Below are positions 1 through 8,610 of a stretch of DNA of 64,000 bases, in pieces. The stretch is taken from positions 1,929-65,928 of the forward strand of contig JAFGIU010000041.1 in assembly GCA_016929445.1 (NCBI GenBank). Reading direction: 5' to 3'. Position 1 is the first letter of the stretch. Each line of letters begins with the position of its first letter. This stretch comes from Candidatus Omnitrophota bacterium. GTDB taxonomy: Bacteria; Omnitrophota; Gorgyraeia; JAFGIU01. The notes beneath the pieces are model-generated. The model searched no databases. It was given only the letters and a program-made list of their open reading frames with translations, and was not told the DNA's origin. The translations under genes were made by a program, and so were the position numbers.

Positions 1-59
1 AACGTTGCTGTCGTGGTGGGCGTTGCAGCGGGAAGACCCCGGAGTTTTTCTGCGTTAGA

Positions 60-1313
60 ATGCCCTCGATGAAATTCCTGTTCCGATCCCTGCTTCTGGC
101 CCTGCTGCTCAGCTCCTGCGCGCGGGGCCCCGCAAACACCGGCGCAATTACGCTGCGCTTCATGGATGCCCCCGACATCGGTGGCGCATGGGCGCAGCTG
201 ATTGACCGTTTTGAAGCCGCGCACGCGGATATCCATATCGAACTCATCGAGGGGCCTGCTTCCACCAATGCCCGTGAAGAGATTTACACCGAGGCTTTTC
301 TTTCGGGCGAACCCATCTTTGACTTGGTCTACATGGATATCATCTGGCTGGCCCAATTCGCGCATTCAGGCTGGTTGCGATCTTTGATCCCATATATAGA
401 GGAGGATGCGCTCGAAGAGTTTCTCCCAGGCGATGTTGCGGGCTGCAAATATCAGGATGAGCTTTATGCCGTTCCCATGCGTTCGGACACAAGCGTGCTT
501 TACTATCGCAAGGATTTATTGGAAGAGGCAGGGTTTCCCCCGCCTGCGGGATTGCACGAACTGGTGACCGTGGCCAAAAGTCTTCAGGTTCTTCCTTTTC
601 AGTGGGGGTATGTGTTTCAGGGCGCGCAGGATGAAGGCCTTGTCTGTAATTTCTTCGAGTTGCTCTGGGGTATGGGAGGGGATTTGAATCTGGACGGGGG
701 AGAAATCGTTCTCAATACCCCGGAAGCAGTCGAGGCTCTGCGGTGGCAGCAGAACTTGATTCATTTGCACAAGATCAGTCCGCCAGGGGTCACGAAATAT
801 CATGAGGAAGAAACACGCCACATGTTCCATGAGGGCCGCGCTGTGTTTATGCACAATTGGCCTTATGCCTGGATCCTGGCTCAGAAGCCGGACTCCCCGG
901 TGCGGGGAAAGGTGGGGATTTTGCCGCTGCTGCAGCGGGCGGACAAGGAGAGTCCCCCGGTGCTGGGCGGATGGAGGTTCGGGATCTCTGCCTTGAGCGA
1001 GCACCCGGAAGAGGCCTGGGAGTTTATTCGCTTTGCGACAAGCGCGGAAAGCCAGAAACTTTTTCATTTTGCGAACGGCGCGATTCCCACGCGGCGCGCT
1101 TTATTCGAGGATCCGGAAATCCTGCTCGAGAGCCCGCACTATTCAGCGCTCTATCCGGCCCTCCTGAAGGCGCACGCGCGGCCCATGCACCCGAAGTATG
1201 CGCAGGTTTCTGGTGTGCTCCAGCGGCATTTGCACCGGGCCCTGGTCAGCGGTGAAGACCCGCAGAAAGTCCTCAAGGCTGCGGAGGCTGAATTGCTGTC
1301 CACCCTTGACTAG
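60..1313 (+). CDS. ABC transporter periplasmic solute-binding protein (family 1, carbohydrate-type), lipoprotein
   Basis: 417 aa ORF. N-terminal lipoprotein signal (LLLSSCA). Family-1 SBP-like sequence (GEPIFDLVYMD, NWPYAW). Residue-level similarity to sugar ABC binding proteins recalled from memory. Confidence 0.75.
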   Translation: MPSMKFLFRSLLLALLLSSCARGPANTGAITLRFMDAPDIGGAWAQLIDRFEAAHADIHIELIEGPASTNAREEIYTEAFLSGEPIFDLVYMDIIWLAQFAHSGWLRSLIPYIEEDALEEFLPGDVAGCKYQDELYAVPMRSDTSVLYYRKDLLEEAGFPPPAGLHELVTVAKSLQVLPFQWGYVFQGAQDEGLVCNFFELLWGMGGDLNLDGGEIVLNTPEAVEALRWQQNLIHLHKISPPGVTKYHEEETRHMFHEGRAVFMHNWPYAWILAQKPDSPVRGKVGILPLLQRADKESPPVLGGWRFGISALSEHPEEAWEFIRFATSAESQKLFHFANGAIPTRRALFEDPEILLESPHYSALYPALLKAHARPMHPKYAQVSGVLQRHLHRALVSGEDPQKVLKAAEAELLSTLD

Positions 1314-1342
1314 ATCATTTTGCTAGAATAGCCGCTAAGCCT

Positions 1343-3289
1343 ATGCCCGACTTCAATCACGCCACTGTTGTTTGCTTCGAAAACCGCAAGGCCGAGCGCC
1401 TGGCTGCCCTCGTCCGGGAGCACGGTGGCAATCCTCTCTCCGCGCCGGCCATGCAGGAAATCCGCCTCCAGAAGAACCCCGAGCTCCTGAGTTTCGGAGA
1501 GCGGCTCACGGCCGGGACCATCGACGTTGTCCTGTTTATGAGCGGCGGTGGCGCAGCCCATCTTTTGGACACCCTTTCTGCGATCTACGGAGCAGATGCC
1601 CTTTGCGCAGCTTTAACGAAGACCACTGTTCTGGCGCGCGGCCCAAAATCCGCTGAAGTTCTGAGCGCGGCAGGCCTTAGTGGTTTGCTTGTGGCGCCGG
1701 AGCCCAGTACTTGGCGTGAGGTTCTGGAGGTCCTGGACATGAGCGAGCGCGGCATTGAGTTGGAGGGTAAGTGCGTCGCAGTCCAGGAATCCGGCAGTTC
1801 CAATGCGGCTTTCTTGGCGGAACTTCAGCAACGCGGCGCGCGTGTGGTTCAGGTGCCTATTTATCGTTGGGCTCTTCCGGACGATACGCAGCCGCTCAAG
1901 AATGCGATTCATAGCCTTGCCTCCGGGAAAATTCCCTTTGCGGTCTTTACCAACAGCACGCAGGTGCGTCATGTGATGCGCATCGCCGCGGAGCTGGGAC
2001 TTCAGCCCCAACTCACGGAAGCCTTTCGCAAACACACGGTGGTGGCTTCAATCGGTCCCTCAACCACGGATGTGCTTCAGGAATTGGGGTGGTCTGCGGA
2101 TTGGGAATCGCTCGTGTCGCGCTTGGAGCCCTTGGTCATTGAGCTGGCGCGACATGCGGCCGAGTTGAGGCGCCGGAAGGTGGATCCGGAAGAGGCTGCT
2201 GCCCTTTGGGTGCAGGAGCGTTCGCAGGCCAAGAAAGAATCAGGCCCTGCGAGGAATCGATCCCATTTTCTCTTGGCCTGTTGGGGGGAGCCCACAGAGG
2301 TGACGCCTGTTTGGTTTATGCGCCAGGCCGGGCGCTATATGGAGGAGTACCGCAGGATCCGGGCCAAGGTTCCTTTCCTGCAAATGTGCCGCAATGCGGA
2401 TTTGGTTGCCGAGGTCACGGTTTCAGCGGCCGAGCGCATTGGCGCGGATGCGGCCATTGTGTTCTCCGATATCTTGGTGGTCCTGGAGCCCATGGGTTTG
2501 GGGTTGCGCTACTCGCGCGGCGAAGGGCCGGTGATCGAAGGGCGGATTCGCGGGGCAGAGGATATCCACCGCCTCGGCGAAATCAATGCGCGTGAGAGCC
2601 TGCAATACGTTTTTGACGGAGTGCGGCGGACGCGCGAGGCCTTGGCCGATCATTTGCCGCTCATCGGTTTTTGCGGCGCGCCTTTTACTCTGGCCTCCTA
2701 CATCTTGGAGGGAGGTTCCTCCCGTCAATTTCTCAAGACCAAGCATCTGATGTATACGGATTCCGGGGCCTGGCACGCGCTGATGGGCATTTTGACGCGC
2801 GGGCTCATCCATTATCTCAACGGTCAGATCGAGGCAGGCGCGGACGCAGTTCAGATTTTTGACAGCTGGCTGGGTTGCTTGAGCCCGGAGGATTACCGCG
2901 AGTCTGTGCTGCCTCACACACAGGCGCTTATCCAGGGAGTGCGCGAGGGAGTGCCCGTGATTCATTTTGGAACAGGCACGACTTCAATCCTGGAGGACAT
3001 GCGCCGCGCGGGCGGGCAAGTTATCGGTGTGGACTGGCGTGTGGACCTGGACGCGGCGCGCATCCGCGTGGGTTACGAGCGCTCGGTCCAAGGGAATTTG
3101 GATCCTGCCGTGCTCTGCACGGATTACCCGACCATCCGCCGGCACGTGCGCCGCATTCTGGAGCTCAACGGCGGGCGGCCCGGCCATATCTTTAACCTGG
3201 GACACGGGGTCTTGCCTCAAACACCCGTGGACCATGTTATTGCGGCCATTGACATGGTGCATGAGATGTCATTGCGGGGCGGACGCTAG
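1343..3289 (+). CDS. hemE: Fused uroporphyrinogen-III synthase (HemD, N-terminal ~300 aa) / uroporphyrinogen decarboxylase (HemE, C-terminal ~340 aa)
   Basis: ATG at 1343. The N-terminal half matches the HemD/HEM4 two-lobe pattern. The C-terminal half has the hallmark HemE motifs (PVWFMRQAGRYMEEYR, IGFCGAPFTLASY, VQIFDSWLG). Single uninterrupted 648-aa frame. Confidence 0.85.
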   Translation: MPDFNHATVVCFENRKAERLAALVREHGGNPLSAPAMQEIRLQKNPELLSFGERLTAGTIDVVLFMSGGGAAHLLDTLSAIYGADALCAALTKTTVLARGPKSAEVLSAAGLSGLLVAPEPSTWREVLEVLDMSERGIELEGKCVAVQESGSSNAAFLAELQQRGARVVQVPIYRWALPDDTQPLKNAIHSLASGKIPFAVFTNSTQVRHVMRIAAELGLQPQLTEAFRKHTVVASIGPSTTDVLQELGWSADWESLVSRLEPLVIELARHAAELRRRKVDPEEAAALWVQERSQAKKESGPARNRSHFLLACWGEPTEVTPVWFMRQAGRYMEEYRRIRAKVPFLQMCRNADLVAEVTVSAAERIGADAAIVFSDILVVLEPMGLGLRYSRGEGPVIEGRIRGAEDIHRLGEINARESLQYVFDGVRRTREALADHLPLIGFCGAPFTLASYILEGGSSRQFLKTKHLMYTDSGAWHALMGILTRGLIHYLNGQIEAGADAVQIFDSWLGCLSPEDYRESVLPHTQALIQGVREGVPVIHFGTGTTSILEDMRRAGGQVIGVDWRVDLDAARIRVGYERSVQGNLDPAVLCTDYPTIRRHVRRILELNGGRPGHIFNLGHGVLPQTPVDHVIAAIDMVHEMSLRGGR

Positions 3290-3305
3290 GGAGGAGCGGC
3301 AATCG

Positions 3306-4223
3306 ATGCCCTATGACCACATTCTCCTAATCGGATATGGGGCCCCGGAGCAGCCTGACGACGTGTTGCCTTTTTTAGAGGAGGCCACACGCGGCGTGCG
3401 GGTTTCGCGGGAACGTCTGGAAGAGGTGCGCTCCCATTACGATCTTTTGGGCGGGGCTTCGCCTTACAACGGGGCTTGCTACCGGCTTTGCAACCAACTC
3501 TTCGAGGCGCTCGGCGGGTCTGTTCCTGTTTATGTGGGCATGAAGAACTGGCATCCCTTCTTGAAGGACACGCTGCGCGCTATTGGCGAGGCCGGGGGCA
3601 AACGCGGTTTGGGTCTGGTGTTGGCCCCGCATCGTTCGGAGGCGAGTTTTGACCGCTATGTGCAGGCGGTGAATCAGGCTCAGAAGGATGCCCGACTCCA
3701 GGGGCTTTCCTATACCTACCCGGCGCCCTGGCACGAGGACGCGCGATTCGTGGAGGCCTGGGCTCATCAGGTGCGCATGGAACTCGGCCGCTTGCGCAGC
3801 GAAGCCTTTCCGGAACCTGTTCTTCTCTTTAGCGCGCACTCCATTCCCACGGACATGGCGGAAAAATCAAATTACGCGGCGGAGTTTCGCGCCACAGCCG
3901 GGGCGGTTGCGCAGGCCGCGGGCGTGCGCCCGGATCGCATTGCGCTGGCTTACCAGTCGCGCAGCGGGAACCCCAAACAACCCTGGTTGGAGCCCGATGT
4001 GTTGCAGGCAGCGAAGGCCTTGGCTGATAAGGGAGAGACCTGTGTGCTTACTGTGCCTGTGGGATTTTTGTGTGAGAACGTGGAGATCCTGTATGACTTG
4101 GATACCGAGTTGAGGGAGGAATGTGTGCGTTTGGGTATGCAATATGCACGGGCCGGCACGGTAATGGATCATCCGAAGTTTCTGGAAATGCTCGCTGGAT
4201 ATTTGACACCACAGTCCGGTTAG
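3306..4223 (+). CDS. hemH: Ferrochelatase
   Basis: ATG at 3306 preceded by GGGAGGAG. N-terminus ILLIGYGAPE (ferrochelatase start). ~305 aa, the typical length. The longer ORF 2967.. in the track is an upstream extension overlapping hemE and was rejected. Confidence 0.85.
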   Translation: MPYDHILLIGYGAPEQPDDVLPFLEEATRGVRVSRERLEEVRSHYDLLGGASPYNGACYRLCNQLFEALGGSVPVYVGMKNWHPFLKDTLRAIGEAGGKRGLGLVLAPHRSEASFDRYVQAVNQAQKDARLQGLSYTYPAPWHEDARFVEAWAHQVRMELGRLRSEAFPEPVLLFSAHSIPTDMAEKSNYAAEFRATAGAVAQAAGVRPDRIALAYQSRSGNPKQPWLEPDVLQAAKALADKGETCVLTVPVGFLCENVEILYDLDTELREECVRLGMQYARAGTVMDHPKFLEMLAGYLTPQSG

Positions 4224-4261
4224 CCGCTCACCCTGAGGAGCCGCATAGCGGCCTCTAATCC

Positions 4262-4316
4262 GGGGACAGGTCTCGCCAACCGCTTATACACCAATAAGTT
4301 GTATGAGAACCGTCCC
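4262..4316. repeat. Hairpin repeat family copy A (GGGGAC(A/G)G(T/G)TCTC ... GAGAACCGTCCCC arms, ~30-nt loop)
   Basis: Direct reading. Imperfect 13-bp inverted arms flank a variable loop, between convergent hemH and redoxin genes. Related copies at 8385, 40378 and 45979. Confidence 0.6.
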
Positions 4317-4325
4317 CGTATAGAA

Positions 4326-4907
4326 CTATCCGAAATAATCCGGCTCGTTCCCCGGCTTCCACTTAATATTGCAGCCCATGCTCGGTTTCTGATTTCCGTC
4401 CACAGTCCCGTTGATGACCACGGCGTCCATGGCCGCGCGCAGGTCTTTCCCTGTGACAGGTTTGCCGTTTTCCGGCCGGCTGTCGTCCAATTGTCCCCGG
4501 TAGGTGAGCTTGTGATTTGCGTTAAACAAAAAGAAGTCCGGGGTGCACGCAGCGGTGTAGGCCTTGGCTACTTCCTGGGTTTCGTCATAGAGCAGGGGAA
4601 AGGCGAAACCGAGCTGCTGCGCCATTTTCTTGAGCTTGTCCGGGGAGTCCTCAGGATGCGTGCCCACAAAGTTGGAGCTGATGGCGACAATAGCAACGTC
4701 CTTGTTTGCGTAATCCCTGCCGAGTCGTGCCAGCTCCTTCTGGACATGGACCACATAGGGGCAGTGCTTGCAGATGAACATGACCAAGAGGGCTGCCTTG
4801 TCCTTAGAGTCCTTGAGAGAGACTGTTTTTCCTGTGACCACATCCGGCAGGCTAAAATCCGGTGCCGCTGTGCCCAAAGCCAACATTGTCGATGGTGTGA
4901 GTGCCAC
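4326..4907 (-). CDS. Thioredoxin-fold redoxin (AhpC/TSA / TlpA-like thiol-disulfide oxidoreductase)
   Basis: CKHCPY CxxC motif in a redoxin context. 193 aa. Confidence 0.7.
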   Translation of the reverse strand: MALTPSTMLALGTAAPDFSLPDVVTGKTVSLKDSKDKAALLVMFICKHCPYVVHVQKELARLGRDYANKDVAIVAISSNFVGTHPEDSPDKLKKMAQQLGFAFPLLYDETQEVAKAYTAACTPDFFLFNANHKLTYRGQLDDSRPENGKPVTGKDLRAAMDAVVINGTVDGNQKPSMGCNIKWKPGNEPDYFG

Positions 4908-4938
4908 ATGTATTCCTTCTGTTTCACGAACGTTTCAC

Positions 4939-4977
4939 GGTGCCAGGCACCGGTGCCTGGCACCCGTGCCTGGCACC
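4939..4977. repeat. Palindromic repeat family copy 1 (GGTGCCAGGCACC|GGTGCCTGGCACC; core GGCACCGGTGCC)
   Basis: Perfect 26-bp palindrome plus an extra half-copy, flanked by CGTTTCACGG. It lies in the divergent intergenic region between the redoxin gene and giant-protein paralog P1. Related copies at 40657 and 60934. Confidence 0.7.
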
Positions 4978-5037
4978 ATTGTACTGGGGGGGCTGGATTT
5001 GGAAAGGGGCAGGGGAGAAAAATACTTACAAAAGAGA

Positions 5038-5066
5038 TTGATTAACTATGTGTGTAGTGGTATGCT
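5038..5066 (+). promoter_or_regulatory. Candidate sigma70-like promoter (TTGATT-17-TATGCT) for paralog P1
   Basis: Read from sequence in an AT-rich stretch upstream of ATG 5105. Hexamer matches only, no other support. Confidence 0.25.
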
Positions 5067-7021
5067 TAGACTATTCTGTCCCTCTGAATGTCCTTGGAAA
5101 TAAAATGGAGCCTATTGTGATAAAACAAGTTACACGTGTTGGACTCATTGCATGTCTTCTCTCTGTTGCTTGGGCCTTTGCCCCCACTAACTCGTCTTTT
5201 GGCGCCCCAACCCCCCAACATCTGGCAACCACCCCCACTTTTGGAGCAGAAGAGATCCAGCGCACCTGGAATGCCTGGGCCCTGCAGCCGGAGGTGCTTC
5301 AGAGAATCGCAGAGCTCAGTAAAGAAAGCAGGCAGGCCTTTGATGCCCTGGGCCTGACGGATTTTCGCGACCGTGTGGCCCTGGTTTTGGCGCGTGCAGC
5401 TGTTGAACGCGGAGTCCATACAGAACTTGCCATGCGACCTGAGCGAATCGGTGCACTGGGAGGAATGCTGGGCCGTGAAATTGACGGGGAACTGGCTCCG
5501 TATCTCTCCGCTCTCCTTGATTTGGGAACTCCATCCGAAGATCCAGAGAGGGATAAGCTGATCCAAGCCTGGCAGGAACTCCTCCCATTCCGCGCAGCCG
5601 GCGGTCTCCCCAGTGTTGGTATGGTGATCGGTGGAACGAATGTACGGGCGGGGGCTATGACAGAGACCGCAGTAGTGAGGGTAAAGTCCCGTGCATGGCG
5701 CGATGTCCAAATCAACGAACGCACAGTGGCACACGAACGGGCGAAAATTCAGCGAGACTTCATGTTAGAGGATCTACGCGAAGAACTTAAGCATCTCCTC
5801 GGGGATCTTAGCCTCTCTGCCGCAGACATCGGCAAAATCGGTGTGTCCTGGGCTGCCCCCGGAAGATACGAAGAGGGCCTGGTGTATATGACTCCAAAGA
5901 CTCCAGCCTTCATGCCTGAGCACATGGGGTATTACGTCGTATCAGATCCCTATATTGTCCGGCACACAGATGGGCAAGTGTACTTCGATCTCCGTCGTTG
6001 GCTTCAGGAGACAATTCGCATGGTATTCCCGGGCGCCCCCAAGGTCGAAGTGGAGATCCTGCACGATGGCGCGGCCGCAATCTCGGGAGAATTGCCTTAC
6101 CAAGTCCGCACCGGGGCGCTAAAGGCAGAGTACCTTGATGGTCATGCGGTGTATGGAGGCGTGGTCTGGCCCGGATCTGAAAATGAGCGAGTTATCCAGT
6201 TCGGGATCGGAGAAGTAGGTTTGACCACTTATGCCGCAGAGATGCGCGGCACTCAAACAACGGAAGCCATGCGGTTGGATCCGCAAGTATATTTCGAGGG
6301 TTCAAAGCCCCAAGAGGGCGAGGCGTCCCTGGAACACTGGGTGGGGGGCGTGGCTGTGGCCCGGCGATTTGTCCAGGCCGTTGAGGATTCTGTGAATGGG
6401 AATGAGGCTGCTGTACAAACCTTCTTTGGCACTGATCTAAGCCTTGCCGAGCTGTACAAAGGCTGTTCGAAAAACGGCGATGAGCGCGACGATGAGGTGA
6501 GTGACATGGTCCTCAAAAAATGGGGGCAAGAGCTCAAGACCCAAGGAGAGAATTCGATTGCATGGACGCTCATGGAAGCTGTGGCTGAAGACGAAGGCCG
6601 TGCGCTTGCCTTACTGCTGCATGCATATCCCAAGGGGTACGCGCTGGGTTTGATCAACGGCACGGGCATCGGATGCGGTTTTTACAAGCTGGACAATGCA
6701 GAACTGCCTACTGTTATCACTCTTGTGGGAGGCTTTCATGAGAAGGCTGCCACAAATCTGATCGAAGGAACAGACGATCCCTTTATGGGGCTCTTGTGGG
6801 CTGCCGCCGGAAAATGGCTCCGGGAGTTCGGCGCAACAGAGGCTGAGCAGCAGAATCTGCCTGGAAGGATCATCCGCTCCACCAACAATCCCGGGCTGCG
6901 GGACCTTCAGGCCTTTCTCGCCGAGCGGCCTCCGGTTTTAATCGAAGCAGACATCCCGCCGGCGACTGAGAGTATCCGCATTGAAGTCCGAGTTCAGAGA
7001 GACCTGGACAGCTCGATCTAG
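5048..7021 (+). CDS. Large secreted protein, family paralog P1, with an ASKHA (ROK/glucokinase-like) domain; function unknown
   Basis: Likely true start ATG 5105 (MEPIVIKQ...). Sec signal peptide (AWA-FAP). The ~40-aa N-terminal block after the signal (FGAEEIQ...LQRIAELSKES) is shared with P2 (FGDAEIE...LQRIAELSEAS). The middle carries ASKHA/ROK-like motifs (VGMVIGGTNVRAG, ILHDGAAAISGE, NGTGIGCGF). Confidence 0.65.
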   Translation: MCVVVCLDYSVPLNVLGNKMEPIVIKQVTRVGLIACLLSVAWAFAPTNSSFGAPTPQHLATTPTFGAEEIQRTWNAWALQPEVLQRIAELSKESRQAFDALGLTDFRDRVALVLARAAVERGVHTELAMRPERIGALGGMLGREIDGELAPYLSALLDLGTPSEDPERDKLIQAWQELLPFRAAGGLPSVGMVIGGTNVRAGAMTETAVVRVKSRAWRDVQINERTVAHERAKIQRDFMLEDLREELKHLLGDLSLSAADIGKIGVSWAAPGRYEEGLVYMTPKTPAFMPEHMGYYVVSDPYIVRHTDGQVYFDLRRWLQETIRMVFPGAPKVEVEILHDGAAAISGELPYQVRTGALKAEYLDGHAVYGGVVWPGSENERVIQFGIGEVGLTTYAAEMRGTQTTEAMRLDPQVYFEGSKPQEGEASLEHWVGGVAVARRFVQAVEDSVNGNEAAVQTFFGTDLSLAELYKGCSKNGDERDDEVSDMVLKKWGQELKTQGENSIAWTLMEAVAEDEGRALALLLHAYPKGYALGLINGTGIGCGFYKLDNAELPTVITLVGGFHEKAATNLIEGTDDPFMGLLWAAAGKWLREFGATEAEQQNLPGRIIRSTNNPGLRDLQAFLAERPPVLIEADIPPATESIRIEVRVQRDLDSSI

Positions 7022-7025
7022 ACCG

Positions 7026-8351
7026 CTATTGCGTTGCCGTAAAGAATTTCTTGGTGCCCTTGGCCTCGATGGCGGCGCCGATCCGGTTCAACGCATGCGC
7101 GTAGGCCGCGGTGCGCATATCAATCTGCTTCTCTTCCATAAAACGCCAGATGTTTTCGGTCTCAGCCACCATGCGCTCCTTGAGCAGGCTGTTGACCTTG
7201 TCCTCGGACCAATAGAAGCCTTGCCGGTTTTGCACCCATTCAAAATAGCTCACGGTTACGCCACCGGCATTGGTGAGGATATCCGGCACCACGAGTTTGC
7301 CTTTGTTATTGAGGATTTCATCCGCGGCCGGGGTTGTGGGGCCGTTGGCGACCTCAAAGATGTACTTGGCCTTGATTCGATCGGCATTCTCTGCCGTGAT
7401 CTGGTTCTCCAGGGCCGAGGGCGCCAGGATATCCACGTCCAACTCCAACAGCTCTTCGTTAGTCAAAGTCTGGTGCTCCTCGATATGACACACGGAGCCT
7501 TCACAGTACACGGCCTTGAGTTGTTTTCGTTTTTCCTTGAACCGGCGCACCATGGGAATGTCCAAACCTTGCTCGGCATACACGCCGCCTTTGGAATCAC
7601 TCACCGCAATGATTTTGTAACCTGCTTCGTGCAACAGCTCGGCCAAAATCCCGCCCGCATTTCCAAAACCTTGAATGGCCACGGTCGTGTCTTGCGGCGC
7701 CTTGCCCAACTTAGGCATGATTGCCTCGATCGTGAAGAATGCCCCGCGCGCAGTGGCTGACTCGCGACCCAGGCTGCCGCCCATGGGAATGGGTTTGCCG
7801 GTGATGACTGCAGGTACGTGCTTATGATTAATAATGCCGTATTCATCGAGCATCCAACCCATGATCATCTGATTGGTGTAGACATCGGGCGCGGGGATGT
7901 CGCGGTCCGGGCCGATCATGATATTGACCGCATCAATATAGCCGCGGCTCAGGCGCTCCAGCTCAAAGCGGGAAAGCTCCTTGGGATTGACCCTGATTCC
8001 CCCTTTGCCCCCGCCAAAAGGCAGGTTGAGCGCCGCGCACTTAAAAGTCATCCAAAACGCGAGAGAGGTGACCTCATCCATATTGACGCCCGGATGAAAA
8101 CGGATTCCGCCCTTGGTCGGGCCGAGGGAATCGTCGTATCGCACGCGATATCCCGGAAAGACTTTTAAATCCCCGGTATCCATGCGCACAGGAATTGAAA
8201 CCTTCAATGCGCTCTTCGGATACTTCAATCTTTCAATGGCATCCGGCGGCACGGTCGCATGCGCGAGCGCCTTGACCACGCGTTGGCTAGCTTCCGCAAA
8301 TAGACTTTGCTCCACTCCGGCAGCTCCTTTGCTGATGAAGTCAAGGGACAT
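7026..8351 (-). CDS. gdh: NAD(P)-specific glutamate dehydrogenase
   Basis: GDH signature throughout, including the catalytic-Lys motif GGGKGG and the GFGNAG dinucleotide fold. The ATG at 8351 (MSLDFISKG) is the preferred start. The ORF as given extends to 8399 with a non-ATG start. Confidence 0.9.
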   Translation of the reverse strand: MSLDFISKGAAGVEQSLFAEASQRVVKALAHATVPPDAIERLKYPKSALKVSIPVRMDTGDLKVFPGYRVRYDDSLGPTKGGIRFHPGVNMDEVTSLAFWMTFKCAALNLPFGGGKGGIRVNPKELSRFELERLSRGYIDAVNIMIGPDRDIPAPDVYTNQMIMGWMLDEYGIINHKHVPAVITGKPIPMGGSLGRESATARGAFFTIEAIMPKLGKAPQDTTVAIQGFGNAGGILAELLHEAGYKIIAVSDSKGGVYAEQGLDIPMVRRFKEKRKQLKAVYCEGSVCHIEEHQTLTNEELLELDVDILAPSALENQITAENADRIKAKYIFEVANGPTTPAADEILNNKGKLVVPDILTNAGGVTVSYFEWVQNRQGFYWSEDKVNSLLKERMVAETENIWRFMEEKQIDMRTAAYAHALNRIGAAIEAKGTKKFFTATQ

Positions 8352-8384
8352 ATCTACGAAGGAGATGTGTCCCTCAGGACTTGA

Positions 8385-8439
8385 GGGGACGGTTCTCACA
8401 GAACTGGATGCAGCGAAAAAGGCTAGCGAGAACCGTCCC
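8385..8439. repeat. Hairpin repeat family copy B
   Basis: GGGGACGGTTCTC ... GAGAACCGTCCC arms with a ~29-nt loop, immediately upstream of the gdh start. Confidence 0.6.
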
Positions 8440-8610
8440 TAATCTTGACTCATTCTAACCGCTGAATGCTGAATTCGCATTAGAGTTTGTAACTTATTTG
8501 CAAACAAGTATTTAGAAAGAGGATCTCAAATTCTTGAATGCCGTCCTGAAGCTTATTTAGATGATATACTTTGTTGTAAATATACTAATTGGCACAAGTT
8601 ATACGAAACT

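Noticed and set aside
2967-4223. 418-aa ORF in the track for ferrochelatase
   Set aside because: Its first ~113 aa overlap hemE in another frame and do not look like protein (Arg/Trp/Cys-rich). ATG 3306 with a GGAGG RBS gives a canonical-length ferrochelatase.
4299-5045. 248-aa plus-strand ORF
   Set aside because: Antisense to the redoxin gene. Typical high-GC spurious frame spanning the palindromic repeat.
5066-5734. 222-aa minus-strand ORF
   Set aside because: Lies entirely inside P1 on the opposite strand. No motifs. A high-GC artefact.
7026-8399. Longer gdh ORF starting at 8399
   Set aside because: The codon at 8399 is not ATG (GTG on the minus strand), and the extension would run through the hairpin repeat B. 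ATG 8351 gives a canonical GDH N-terminus.
8470-8500. Short palindromes (AATGC-N7-GCATT; TTTGCAAA) upstream of P2 as specific operator sites
   Set aside because: The arms are short and imperfect and sit in AT-rich DNA where such matches arise by chance. I kept only the general AT-rich promoter observation.
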